Assembly: GCA_040756235.1 (NCBI GenBank) | Contig: JBFLZG010000126.1 | Coordinates: 1 to 64,000 of the forward strand | Source of the DNA: a bacterium | GTDB lineage: Bacteria > Desulfobacterota > DSWW01 | Length of the DNA: 64,000 bases | Direction of reading: 5' to 3' | Shown here: positions 19,011 to 28,628 of the stretch, one piece after another | How positions within the stretch are numbered: the first letter of the stretch is position 1 | Layout of the letters: each line of letters begins with the position of its first letter | Translations under genes and position numbers: made by a program | The notes under the pieces: generated by a model | What the model was told of the DNA's origin: nothing | Databases searched by the model: none | Seen by the model: only the letters and a program-made list of their open reading frames with translations

Positions 19011-20261
19011 TCAATCTTCCCGGTCGTGGCGGCGGAAGACCAGGACGCCGTTGGTCCCGCCGAAGGCGAACGAGTTCGAGATGGCGATCTCGATGTCCTG
19101 CTTCCTGGCCCGGTTCGGAACGTAGTCGAGGTCACACTGCGGATCCGGAGTGTCGTAGTTGATCGTAGGTGGAAGAACCCCGTTCTGCAACGCGAGAAGG
19201 CAGTAAGCGGCCTCCACGGCCCCGGCCGCGCCCAGCATGTGGCCGGTCATGGACTTGGTCGAGCTCACCGCCAGCCGCTCGGCGTGGGGCCCGAAGGCGC
19301 TCTTGATCCCCTGGGTTTCCGCCAGGTCGTTGTAAGGCGTCGAGGTCCCGTGGGCGTTGACGTAATCCACCCGGCTCGGCTCGATGTCGGCATCTTCCAG
19401 GGCGAGCTTCATGCAGACGGCGGCGCCCCTGCCTTCGGGCGAAGGAGCGGCGATGTGGAAGGCGTCGCCGTTCTCGCCATAGCCGATCACTTCCCCGTAG
19501 ATCCGCGCTCCCCGGCGGATGGCGTGATCCCGCGCCTCCAGCACGAGAACGCCCGCACCCTCCCCCATCACGAATCCGTCGCGGTTCTTTTCGAACGGCC
19601 GCGACGCCGCCTCGGGCGGCTCGTTCCTTCTGGAGAGAGCCCTCATCGCGCTGAAGCCGGCGATGCCGATGCGGGTCACGCACGCCTCGGTGCCGCCGGC
19701 GATCACCGCATCGGAGTGGCCGTGCCGGATCAGCCGGTAAGCGTGGCCGATGCAGTGCGTGCCCGCGCTGCAGGCCGTGGAAATGCAGAGGTTGGGTCCC
19801 CGGGCACCCAGGTGGATGGCCACCTGGCCCGGTGCCAGGTTGGCGATGACCATGGAAACGTGGAAGGGGGAGAGACGGTCCGGTCCCCTGGCGCGGACCA
19901 GGTCCAGGGCGGATTCCATGGTCTGGAGCCCTCCCATGCCGGAGCCGATCACCACACCCACACGGTCGGCGTTGCTCTCATCGATGACGAGCCCGGAATC
20001 CCGCACCGCGAGGATGCTGGCGGCCATGCCGTACTGGATGAAAGGATCCATGTGCCGCAGCTCCTTGCGGTCCATGAACTCGGCGGGATTGAAATCCCGG
20101 AGCAGCCCGGCCACCCGGCAGGGGAGATCGGAAACCTCGAACCCGGTGATCCTCCGGATGCCGCTGCGGCCCTCGCAGAGGGCTTTCCAGTTCTGCTCGA
20201 CGCTCAACCCGAGAGGAGTGAGCAGACCCATCCCGGTAGCCACCACCCGAATGCCTTTCAA
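19011..20261 (-). CDS. fabF: Beta-ketoacyl-ACP synthase II
   Basis: STACSAG, YVNAHGTST, STKSMTGH, SNSFAFGGTN. Confidence 0.95.
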   Translation of the reverse strand: MKGIRVVATGMGLLTPLGLSVEQNWKALCEGRSGIRRITGFEVSDLPCRVAGLLRDFNPAEFMDRKELRHMDPFIQYGMAASILAVRDSGLVIDESNADRVGVVIGSGMGGLQTMESALDLVRARGPDRLSPFHVSMVIANLAPGQVAIHLGARGPNLCISTACSAGTHCIGHAYRLIRHGHSDAVIAGGTEACVTRIGIAGFSAMRALSRRNEPPEAASRPFEKNRDGFVMGEGAGVLVLEARDHAIRRGARIYGEVIGYGENGDAFHIAAPSPEGRGAAVCMKLALEDADIEPSRVDYVNAHGTSTPYNDLAETQGIKSAFGPHAERLAVSSTKSMTGHMLGAAGAVEAAYCLLALQNGVLPPTINYDTPDPQCDLDYVPNRARKQDIEIAISNSFAFGGTNGVLVFRRHDRED

Positions 20262-20369
20262 ACCCGTCCCTTTCTGTCCAACGTTGTGTGCGCGATGCGC
20301 AGCCGCGAGCCTGCCTTCGCTCGCCCTCCGCAGAGGAAGCCGTCAACGTAGATGTGCTGGGTTCCTCTG

Positions 20370-20479
20370 TCAAGGTGCCAGGATCAGGTGTCAGCCAAGC
20401 CTGGGACCACGGTTCGGGTTCCGCTGCTCGGTACCTTTTCGTCGTCCTTGCTCAACCTGATACCTGGTACCCAACACCT
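20370..20479. repeat. Inverted pair of heptamer tandem repeats
   Basis: TCAAGGTGCCAGGATCAGGTGTCAG ... CCTGATA-CCTGGTA-CCCAACA-CCT. Confidence 0.5.
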
Positions 20480-20486
20480 CCTCTTC

Positions 20487-23400
20487 TCAGTCTTTCCACT
20501 TTCCGATAAGAGCCTCCTCCACGCTCTTGAGCCACCAGTTCAGCTCCTGGAGCGGCATGTTCCAGGGTCGCTCGGTGAGATTCTTAAACGGGATGAGCGT
20601 CACGGCCGGGTCCTTCAATGGGCCCTCCAGGCGGTAGTAGAAGATCACGATGGCTCCGTCCGGACCCTGGACCACTTTGCCCACGACCGGGATCAGGTCG
20701 AGCACCTGGTCGAGCTGTTCCATCGGCCTCAGGGAGAGCAGAACCCGGAGCTGATCGCGCACCGAGTCATAGGAGCCGCTCAAGTTGGCCAAGGCGATGC
20801 TCGAGTCGACGTCGAGGCTTTGGGTGCTGAGGGTCCCGTTGTCCAGGTGGACCTTTCCCCGGAGGCTTCGCAGCGGAATCCCCTGCGCTTTCAAGTCGGA
20901 CAGTCGCACCTTGGACCACTGGGTGACGTTCACGAGCGTCAGGATCTTGGCGAGCAGGTCGTAGCGCAGAATCACGCCCTCCCCGCTCTCCAGCGACAGA
21001 TCCCCTGCGAGCGTGCGGGTCCAGCGACCCTGGGAGTCGTAAGTGCCGCGGAGGTCCCCTGTGATGAGAACGGGGGCGTCGACCACCGACGGCGCGGAGA
21101 GCCAGGCAAACACGTCCCGCGACGCGATGTCGGTAAGTGACAGGCGGACCGAGAAGGGGACCCCGGCGGCTTTCGGGCCGGCTTCGCCCGACAGAGAGAT
21201 CTCGCCCGCGCCGTGCCGCGCCTGGAGATCCTCGAGGAGGAGCTTTCCCCTGACGATCCCTCCGTGCGCCTTGAGCCGTTCCAGAGCGATGGCCCGGTAG
21301 ATGAAGCGGCCCAGGTCGAGCCGCACCTTGAGGTCCGCATCGGCCCACGGGGAGGGGCTCGCTCCCTTTCCCGGCAGCTGTTTGGGCGGGCCGGCGGCTT
21401 GGTCTTTTTGCAGCAGCGAATCCAGACCCAGGGCCGGCGAGGAAATCTCGAGATCTCCCGTGAGCGGCTTCCATGAGCGCAGCCGCCCCTTGGCGGCGAT
21501 GCGATTCCCCCGGAGCTCGAAGCCGACCTTCCGGAGGTCCAGCGATCCGCCGGCGCCGGCCAGGTCGGCCTGCAGTCCGGTCAGAGGGTAGGCGCGCCCT
21601 TCTCTGGAGAGGGTGACGTTCCCCGGCCCGAGGACCGAATCCCACACCGGACCGTCCTGGAGCCAGCGGATGGTCCCCTGGGCCGGAAGGCTTCCCCGGG
21701 CCGTCTTCGCCTTTCCGAGCAGCAGCGAGACGTCGGAGGCGTCCAGCCTCTCGCTGGACCAGCGGATTTCCCCCTGGGGTTGCTCGCTCTGTTCCCCGAA
21801 GCGGAACTGTCCCTTCAACCGCAGGGGGCTGCTCCCGAGCAACAGCTTCACATCCAGATCCTGCAGGGAGGAATCGGTGAAGCCGATGGTCCCGGCGATC
21901 CTCGTCAGCTCCAGCGGACATGCATCGATCTCGGCGGCCGCGCCCTTCAGGAAGGTCTTGCCGGTGACTTCGAGCCGCTCCTCGGCCTCGCGGCCGAAGG
22001 AGTAAACGACCCGCAGGCCCAGCGTGCCCTTTCCCGAAGCGTCGCGGACCTTGCGCGACACCTCCCGGACCGCGTCCGGAATGATCCCATGGTCGAGCTC
22101 CCGCACCGCCTCGGACAGGTCCAGGTCCACGGTGCCGGAGATGTCCAGGCGGCTGCTGCTCTTGTGTATGCCCCGGATGTGTCCTGCGGCTCGCCCCAGG
22201 TGTGCCTTGCCGTAGCGTGCGGAGAAATCCCGGAACAGAAGCTCTCCCCGGGCAAGCTCCAGGGTGCCGTTCACGGCGCGAAAAGGCAGGTACGGCTCGG
22301 GAATCGGCAACAGGACCGTGGTGTCGCGAAAGACGAGCCGCAGCCCGAGCGCGTCCTCCCCCTGTGGCGTGTCCATGCGGGAGAAGTCCGACAGGTCGCC
22401 GACCAGGTCGGCCTGCGCGTCCACGGTCCCGGCCTGCGTCATGCGGACCAGAAACGGCCACACGGCGCCGTCGAGCAGTCCGAGGGGAAGGTACTCCTTT
22501 GCCTGGACCAGCGGCAGACCCTGGCCGGAGATGTGGAGGTCCAGATACGAGAAAGGCTTTCCCCTGGCCATCAGTCCGCCGCTGAACCCGAGCCGCAGCC
22601 CTTCCAGGTCGAGCTCGCCCCGAACGGAGGTCACCTGCTCCCGACTCAGCTCGCCCGTTGCCCGCAGGACGACGTGGGTCGGTGTCAGCGCCTTGGTGTG
22701 CACGCGCGGGTTGTCCCATGCGGGGGACTCGACATCGATTACCAGGTGAGCGCTGCCCGGCAGGAGCAGGGCCCCGTCGTAGCTCACGCTCCCCTTCAGG
22801 GTCCCGGCGAGCTTGCGCCCCCGTGCCTTGTCCGGCAGATAGGGCGCGATCGCTTCGAGGGAGACATCCCTGACAGAGAGATCGAGGCCGGCCCCCAGGT
22901 CCTGCAAGGAGCGCGCGTGCTTCCAGTGCTCGATGTTGCCGGTCAGAGCGAAGGAACCGGCGCCGCAGGGCTTCTCGAAGCGGCCGGAGAGCTCGACGTG
23001 GAGCCGGTCGAGAAAAAGGCGGCTGTTCGTTCTCAGGTCCAGGTCCTGAATCGACAGGGTCTCGGGGTCCTTGGATGGCTCATCCCGGAAATGGACCTCC
23101 CCTTCCTGCAGGCTGATGCGGCTCTTCCAGAGGAGCGGGCCGAGGGACGAAACCAGCGGATGGGATTGCAGGGTTCCGGGGACGTTCTCCTTCAGGTAGC
23201 GGCCGGAGAACAGGCGTGCGAGGTTGAATTCTCCCGAGGCATCCCGGACCAGGTACACGCGGGGACGGAACCCCTGTACGCTGCGCACCCGCAGTTGACC
23301 CCGGAGAAGGGCGCCGGGGTCCAGACCCACGGATACGGACTCCGCGCTGAGAATCGTGGTTTCCGTCTCGTCCCGCTCATGGATCGAGAGTTGATCGAGT

Positions 23401-23597
23401 CGAAACCCGATGCCTTGCTTCAGCGAGAACCGGATGCTTCCGAGAACGACCTTCTTCTGGATCGCGTCCTCCATCATCCGGACCAGGGTCGCATCCAGAT
23501 GGGACAGGTAGAAGAGGCCCGGGACGACGACGAGCGCCGCAATCGCAAGGGTCAGGAGAAGGAAGGACAGATAGGAGCCGAAAGACCTCTTACGCAT
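20487..23597 (-). CDS. AsmA/YhdP-like envelope-spanning protein
   Basis: Single N-terminal TM, about 1000 aa of Gly/Leu-rich beta-strand pattern, AsmA_2-like C-terminus (IPVVGKVV, YRLEGPLKDP). Confidence 0.8.
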   Translation of the reverse strand: MRKRSFGSYLSFLLLTLAIAALVVVPGLFYLSHLDATLVRMMEDAIQKKVVLGSIRFSLKQGIGFRLDQLSIHERDETETTILSAESVSVGLDPGALLRGQLRVRSVQGFRPRVYLVRDASGEFNLARLFSGRYLKENVPGTLQSHPLVSSLGPLLWKSRISLQEGEVHFRDEPSKDPETLSIQDLDLRTNSRLFLDRLHVELSGRFEKPCGAGSFALTGNIEHWKHARSLQDLGAGLDLSVRDVSLEAIAPYLPDKARGRKLAGTLKGSVSYDGALLLPGSAHLVIDVESPAWDNPRVHTKALTPTHVVLRATGELSREQVTSVRGELDLEGLRLGFSGGLMARGKPFSYLDLHISGQGLPLVQAKEYLPLGLLDGAVWPFLVRMTQAGTVDAQADLVGDLSDFSRMDTPQGEDALGLRLVFRDTTVLLPIPEPYLPFRAVNGTLELARGELLFRDFSARYGKAHLGRAAGHIRGIHKSSSRLDISGTVDLDLSEAVRELDHGIIPDAVREVSRKVRDASGKGTLGLRVVYSFGREAEERLEVTGKTFLKGAAAEIDACPLELTRIAGTIGFTDSSLQDLDVKLLLGSSPLRLKGQFRFGEQSEQPQGEIRWSSERLDASDVSLLLGKAKTARGSLPAQGTIRWLQDGPVWDSVLGPGNVTLSREGRAYPLTGLQADLAGAGGSLDLRKVGFELRGNRIAAKGRLRSWKPLTGDLEISSPALGLDSLLQKDQAAGPPKQLPGKGASPSPWADADLKVRLDLGRFIYRAIALERLKAHGGIVRGKLLLEDLQARHGAGEISLSGEAGPKAAGVPFSVRLSLTDIASRDVFAWLSAPSVVDAPVLITGDLRGTYDSQGRWTRTLAGDLSLESGEGVILRYDLLAKILTLVNVTQWSKVRLSDLKAQGIPLRSLRGKVHLDNGTLSTQSLDVDSSIALANLSGSYDSVRDQLRVLLSLRPMEQLDQVLDLIPVVGKVVQGPDGAIVIFYYRLEGPLKDPAVTLIPFKNLTERPWNMPLQELNWWLKSVEEALIGKWKD

Positions 23598-23631
23598 CGA
23601 GTCCGTTCATCCCCGCCGCTCGGTCGTTCGT

Positions 23632-24366
23632 TCAGTTTGGTGACGGAAGGCCGCCGGTGACTCGGAGCAGATAGGCGGTGATGCGGGTGAGGTCGTCGGT
23701 CAGGATCAGGACGCCCACCGCGATGAGGAGCACCGCGCTTACGATCTCGATGGCCCGGAAGTGGCTCTTGAAGACCCGCGACACGCTGAGGAAGCGTTCG
23801 ACGCCCACGGCCGACAGCAGGAACGGGATCCCCAGTCCGGCGGAGTAGATCGAAAGCAGCCAGATCCCCTGTCCGATGGTCTCCCGGGTGCCGGCGTAGA
23901 AGAGGATCGCCGCCAGGATCGGGCCGATGCACGGGGTCCAGCCGAAGGCGAAAGCGAGGCCCACGGTGAACGACCCCAAGATTCCGACGGGTTTCCGCTG
24001 TTGGTGGTAGCGCTTTTCACGGTCGAGGAAGCGGATGCGGAAGACTCCGAGGGTGTGGAGGCCGAAGACGATGACGAGCAGGCCCGCGGCCTTTCTGAGG
24101 AGGCCCATCTGGCTGACCAGGACCTTGCCCAGGACGGTCGCCGAGGCGCCGAGACTGACGAAGACCAGGGAGAAGCCGAGCACGAAAAAAAGCGCGTTGA
24201 GGAGAACGCGGCCCGTGCTTCGGGTGCCGCGGCCGTCCTCTCGCATCTCGGACAACGAGACGCCGGAGATGAAGCTCAGGTAGGCGGGGATCAGCGGCAA
24301 GATGCAGGGAGAAAGAAAGGAGAGCAACCCCGCCGTGAAGGAGGCGAAGGTGGATATCTGGACCAT
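23632..24366 (-). CDS. ccdA: Cytochrome c biogenesis / thiol-disulfide transporter CcdA
   Basis: AGLLSFLSPCILPLIP and AFGWTPCIGPIL in a polytopic membrane protein. Confidence 0.92.
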   Translation of the reverse strand: MVQISTFASFTAGLLSFLSPCILPLIPAYLSFISGVSLSEMREDGRGTRSTGRVLLNALFFVLGFSLVFVSLGASATVLGKVLVSQMGLLRKAAGLLVIVFGLHTLGVFRIRFLDREKRYHQQRKPVGILGSFTVGLAFAFGWTPCIGPILAAILFYAGTRETIGQGIWLLSIYSAGLGIPFLLSAVGVERFLSVSRVFKSHFRAIEIVSAVLLIAVGVLILTDDLTRITAYLLRVTGGLPSPN

Positions 24367-24542
24367 GGGCACCCCAAGCCGAAAGACGAGCCAGTGTGAC
24401 GATCCGTCTAGGAGCAACGGTCTTTCGGTTACTCTAGCATATCGATTTTTGCTCAATCAATTCTCGGAAGATCCGAAGAGAGCTGTCAGTTGTCGGTTGC
24501 CAGCAAGCAAGAGAGAACGTGTCGCGAAGCTGTGTCAGGTTT

Positions 24543-24623
24543 CGTCATCTCGGGCCACCTGCGGAGCGCGTGTGAGCCGGGATCCCTGGTGGCAGCGGGA
24601 TTCCCGCTTGCGCGGGAATGACG
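24543..24623. repeat. Palindromic repeat containing ATTCCC-N8-GGGAAT (dRS3-like)
   Basis: CGTCAT...GGGATCC...GGATTCCCGCTTGCGCGGGAATGACG. Confidence 0.65.
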
Positions 24624-24740
24624 AGCCGGTGGGCTCATCCTATTGACACGGGCAGTCGAATCTCATAAAGGTAGCCGGAGCCGGCTATTCCCTCTCCGCT
24701 GCGCACCCTCCCTGCGAGCAAGTTTTCGGACGAGACCTCC

Positions 24741-26162
24741 ATGAACCGAAGGTGTTGCTTCCTGCTTGCATGCTTCCTGAGCCTCTCCGCCCAGGGCTGC
24801 TCGACCTTCACCTCTTACCCGGAGCGCATTCAGGGGCCCCTGGAGAGTTTCCAGTCCGGGAAGCTCGAGGGGTCTTTTAAGGAGGTCGAGGGTCGCTGGG
24901 ACAAGCGGCTGGACAAGCTCGTCTGGCTCCTGGAGGGTGCCATGGTGCTCCACACGGACGGACGGCTCGAGCAGAGCAACGAAGTCCTCGCGCGCTCTGA
25001 AGAGCTGATCGAGCACTATGAGCAGAAGGCGGTCGTCAGCGTAACGGACACGGCCTCGCAGGGCGCCAGTCTGGTGTTGAACGAGAAGACGATCCCCTAC
25101 GAGGGCGAGCCTTTCGAGAAGGTCCTGGTGAACACTTACAAGGCCATGAACGACCTCTTCCTGCGCCGCTATGAAGAGGCCCGGGTGGAGATCCGCAGGA
25201 GCTTTGCGCGGCAGCAGGAGAATCGCAGGCGCCACGAAGAGGAGATGCGGCGGCTCGAAGCGAGGGCCAGGCGCGAGCGGGTGGAGCCGGACGCTTACAT
25301 CCGCGGGACCGAACCTTACTACCGCGATCAGCAGGAGATCCTGCGGCGCGTGAAGAACCCGTACGAAGACCCTTTTGCCTACTACCTCTCCGCCCTCATC
25401 TACGAGCTCAACGGCGAGTACAACGACGCTTACATCGATCTCGAACGCATCCAGGAGATCCGGCCCGGGGTCCCGTGCGTCGAGGACGACCTGCTGCGGA
25501 TGGCGAGCCAGGCGGGCCTGTCCGATGCCTACCGGACCTGGTCGGAGGCGCTGAAGAGGACCGCCCGGGTGCCGGGCAAGGACCAAGCCGAGGTGTTCGT
25601 CTTTTTCGAGACCGGCATGGCGCCGCGCAAGCAGGAGATCAGGGTGCCCCTGCCGATCCCGAACGTCGGGATCCTCTCCCTGGCGCTTCCCAAGTACGCG
25701 CACGTTCCGAGCCGCATCGCCCAGGCGGCCCTGTACGGTCCGGACGGTTCGCTCCTGGGCGAGACGTCCGTCCTCACCGATCTGGAAGCCGTCGCCGTCA
25801 GGAACCTGGATGATCGGATGCCGGCTCTCCTCATCAAGCAGGTGCTGCGCGCCAGCGCCAAGGGGGCCGTGGCCGCGACCGCCCAGGACCAGGGCGGGGC
25901 TCTCGGAGCCCTGGCGGCCAACGTGTACAACTGGGTGAGCGAGCAGGCGGACCTGCGGTGCTGGACGACCCTGCCGCGTACGCTGCAGGCGGCCCGGATG
26001 AGCCTGCCCGCAGGACGGCACGATCTGGTGTTGGCTTTCCGGGACGCCGGGGGACAGCGGCTTCAGGACCAGCCGTTCAGCGTGGAGGCCAGGCCGGGAG
26101 CAAAGATCTTCGTGCACGCCCGGTCCGGGACGGCGGGTGTGATCTCCTTTCATGTTTACTGA
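24741..26162 (+). CDS. COG3014-like TPR lipoprotein
   Basis: Lipobox SAQGC; YEGEPFEKV, ARVEIRR, AYIDL, EQADLRCWTTLP. Confidence 0.8.
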   Translation: MNRRCCFLLACFLSLSAQGCSTFTSYPERIQGPLESFQSGKLEGSFKEVEGRWDKRLDKLVWLLEGAMVLHTDGRLEQSNEVLARSEELIEHYEQKAVVSVTDTASQGASLVLNEKTIPYEGEPFEKVLVNTYKAMNDLFLRRYEEARVEIRRSFARQQENRRRHEEEMRRLEARARRERVEPDAYIRGTEPYYRDQQEILRRVKNPYEDPFAYYLSALIYELNGEYNDAYIDLERIQEIRPGVPCVEDDLLRMASQAGLSDAYRTWSEALKRTARVPGKDQAEVFVFFETGMAPRKQEIRVPLPIPNVGILSLALPKYAHVPSRIAQAALYGPDGSLLGETSVLTDLEAVAVRNLDDRMPALLIKQVLRASAKGAVAATAQDQGGALGALAANVYNWVSEQADLRCWTTLPRTLQAARMSLPAGRHDLVLAFRDAGGQRLQDQPFSVEARPGAKIFVHARSGTAGVISFHVY

Positions 26163-26282
26163 GGGGGGTTTGTGGTTTCCGAAACCGAGAGGGGATAGAA
26201 TGAGAACACTTCTGCAGGAGCTGCATGCTGCGCCGGTCCCCGAGCCCGATCGGGAGCGGCCCTGCGCGAGGGAGGGACCAAG

Positions 26283-26741
26283 ATGAAGAGCTGCCGCGAA
26301 AGACTTCGCCTGCTTTGTTGCGTTCTGCTGCCGGGCGCCGCGCTTGTGCTGGCCTCGGCCTGCGCGAGCTCGACCACCTCCAACGTGGGGGTGGGACAGA
26401 TCGTCCAGACCGATCAGGGGGAGGTGCTCCAGAAGGAATACGTGGTCAAGGACAAGAGCTTCGGCAAGGAGATCCAGGTCACGGACATCAGGGCCAGGTT
26501 CCGGGGAGAATTCCTGGAGGGACAGGCGATCCTGGCCAATCAGAAGAAGTCCACGGTGGCCTTCGAGTACAAGTTCGAGTGGTTCGATGCCGAGGGATTC
26601 CCGATGGAGTCCCTGGTGACGCTGTGGAAGCCGGACCTTCTCTACGGCAAAGAGACGAAGACCGTCTTGGCCGTCTGCCCCCTGCCCCATGCCAAGGGTT
26701 TCAAGGTCCTGGTGCGCAAGCCGAACCCTGTCGAGGAGTGA
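26283..26741 (+). CDS. YcfL/DUF1425-like lipoprotein
   Basis: Lipobox LASAC; YKFEWFDAEG..W..P; precedes lpoB-like genes. Confidence 0.75.
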   Translation: MKSCRERLRLLCCVLLPGAALVLASACASSTTSNVGVGQIVQTDQGEVLQKEYVVKDKSFGKEIQVTDIRARFRGEFLEGQAILANQKKSTVAFEYKFEWFDAEGFPMESLVTLWKPDLLYGKETKTVLAVCPLPHAKGFKVLVRKPNPVEE

Positions 26742-26753
26742 GGAGGAGATTCG

Positions 26754-27329
26754 ATGAGAAGGTCAAGCGTGTCTTCGATGGCCGCCGCGGCGTGCCTGCT
26801 CGCCCTGGCGAGCGGATGCGGGACCACCGTGGAATACGGAGACCCCAAGGCGGTCGAGACGGTGACGGTCGATTACGGCTCCACGGATCTGCAGATGATC
26901 GCGGAGCGGATGGTCCAGTCCATGCTGGCCTCGCCGGCCATCTCGGACGGGAACCGGCCGGTCCTTCAGGTGGCCTCGGTCGTGAACCAGACCGGGGAGC
27001 ACATCGATACCAAAGCGCTCACCGACAAGATCCGCACCACCCTGCTCAAATCGGGGAAGGTCCAGTTCAGCGCGAGCGAAGTGCGTCAGGAGGTGATCGA
27101 CGAGCTGGAATATCAGAGGAGCTCCGGATACGTGGACCCCGAGACGCGCAGGCAGGTCGGCAAGCAGGTGGGCGCCGCCTACCTGCTGACCGGCGACATC
27201 GCCTCGATCCGGAAATCCAAGGATGACACCCGGGACGTCTACTACAAGATGACTCTGAACCTCGTGAACCTGGAGACGGGCCTGATCTCCTGGGCCGACG
27301 AGAAGGAGATCCGCAAGCGCCAGGAGTGA
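26754..27329 (+). CDS. lpoB: LpoB-family lipoprotein (copy 1)
   Basis: Lipobox LASGC; GSTDLQMIA, NQTGEHID, G.QVGA.YLLTG, YYKMTLNLV.LETG.I.W. Confidence 0.8.
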   Translation: MRRSSVSSMAAAACLLALASGCGTTVEYGDPKAVETVTVDYGSTDLQMIAERMVQSMLASPAISDGNRPVLQVASVVNQTGEHIDTKALTDKIRTTLLKSGKVQFSASEVRQEVIDELEYQRSSGYVDPETRRQVGKQVGAAYLLTGDIASIRKSKDDTRDVYYKMTLNLVNLETGLISWADEKEIRKRQE

Positions 27330-27479
27330 GCCGTGAGGCCGCCCGGCGGCTTGCGTTGCAGAGCTTGAAGGATCTTGCGGGAACGATTCGTGAATCCGCC
27401 GGCGCGGCCCCGGGCAACGAGGAGCGTGCGGCGGGGCACCCACCGCACGCATTTGCCGCTAGCGGAGGTGAGATTTTCA

Positions 27480-28076
27480 ATGAGAGGGAGTCCACGGGCA
27501 CCCCTGGCGCGCGCAGCGTTTCTCGTCGCCTTGCTGGCCGCCGGGTGCGCCAGGAGGGTGGAATACGGAGACCCCGCCGCTCAGGAGACGCTCACCGCGG
27601 ACTTCGGTTCCACGGATCTGCAGATGATCGCCCAAAAGATGGTCGAGTCGTTGCTCGCCTCTCCTGTGGTGCAGGAGGGCAGTCCGCCGGTCGTCCAGGT
27701 CAGCCGGTTCCGCAACAAGACCGACGAGCACATCGACGCGGTTGCGATCACGGACAAGATCCGCACGGCCCTGTTCCAGTCGGGCCGTGTCCGGTTCGTG
27801 GCAGGCGAAGTGCGGGAGGAGGTCATCCGGGAGCTCGAGTACCAGAGGGGCAGCGGGTATGTGGACGAGACCACGCGTCGCAGGATCGGCAAGATGGTGG
27901 GCGCCGAATATCTGCTGATGGGCGAAATCACTTCGATTCGCAAGAAAGCCGGACGGCAGACGGACCTCTATTTTCTCGTCACCTTGAATCTCGTGGACCT
28001 CCAGACGGCTCTCATCCCGTGGGCGGAACAGAAAGAGATTCGCAAGGTGGCCACCCGCCCCCTCCTGGGCTGGTGA
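27480..28076 (+). CDS. lpoB: LpoB-family lipoprotein (copy 2)
   Basis: RBS GGAGGT, lipobox LAAGC; GSTDLQMIA, NKTDEHID; clear paralog of the upstream gene. Confidence 0.8.
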   Translation: MRGSPRAPLARAAFLVALLAAGCARRVEYGDPAAQETLTADFGSTDLQMIAQKMVESLLASPVVQEGSPPVVQVSRFRNKTDEHIDAVAITDKIRTALFQSGRVRFVAGEVREEVIRELEYQRGSGYVDETTRRRIGKMVGAEYLLMGEITSIRKKAGRQTDLYFLVTLNLVDLQTALIPWAEQKEIRKVATRPLLGW

Positions 28077-28229
28077 GGCTGTCCAGAAACGCCCATCTGC
28101 GGCGTTGCGCGCATCCCTCGTTCCCGGCCTTCGCCGGGACAGGCTCCCCACCCAACGCCCTTGCTTGCGTGGGGCTGCCATTCGTCGGGACTTCGCGCGC
28201 TTTGCATCTGGGCATTTCTGAACAGCCTC
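28075..28229 (+). mobile_element. MITE-like family A element (copy 3)
   Basis: Arms GAGGCTGTCCAGAAACGCCCA / TGGGCATTTCTGAACAGCCTC (19/21); shares internal GTTCCCGGCCTTCGCCGGGACAGGCTCCCCACCC with copy 2. Confidence 0.75.
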
Positions 28230-28280
28230 CAAGAGCGGACTGGTTCGCCAAGCTCCTGCTGGGGCTACCAGCAGGGGCTG

Positions 28281-28628
28281 CTATGCGCCGAACAGACCGG
28301 CCAGCAAAGAGAAGGGCAGCAGGGCCACGTCCACGGGAATGCTCAGAATGAACAGGGGCACCTTGCCTGCGGGCGCGATCGTGGAATCCCGTACCGCTCG
28401 CGAGACCGCGAACACGTAGTCGGTGTTGTAGGACCAGCCGGCCTCCTCCCGTTCCGTCTCGGCCAGGGAGGGACCCTGGGAAGGGACCGTCCGTACCTCC
28501 GAGCCCTGGGACGAATCCCCCTGCTCTGCGCAGGCGGCCGGAACGGCCAGACCGACCAGAAGCGAACACGCGAGAAAGACCGCCAGCCAGCTTCGGAGCG
28601 CGTAAGGTGCCCGTGTGCGGGGCCTCAT
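28281..28628 (-). CDS. Hypothetical exported/membrane protein
   Basis: RBS AAGGAGG, signal-like N-terminus, hydrophobic C-terminus (IPVDVALLPFSLLAGLFG). Confidence 0.6.
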   Translation of the reverse strand: MRPRTRAPYALRSWLAVFLACSLLVGLAVPAACAEQGDSSQGSEVRTVPSQGPSLAETEREEAGWSYNTDYVFAVSRAVRDSTIAPAGKVPLFILSIPVDVALLPFSLLAGLFGA

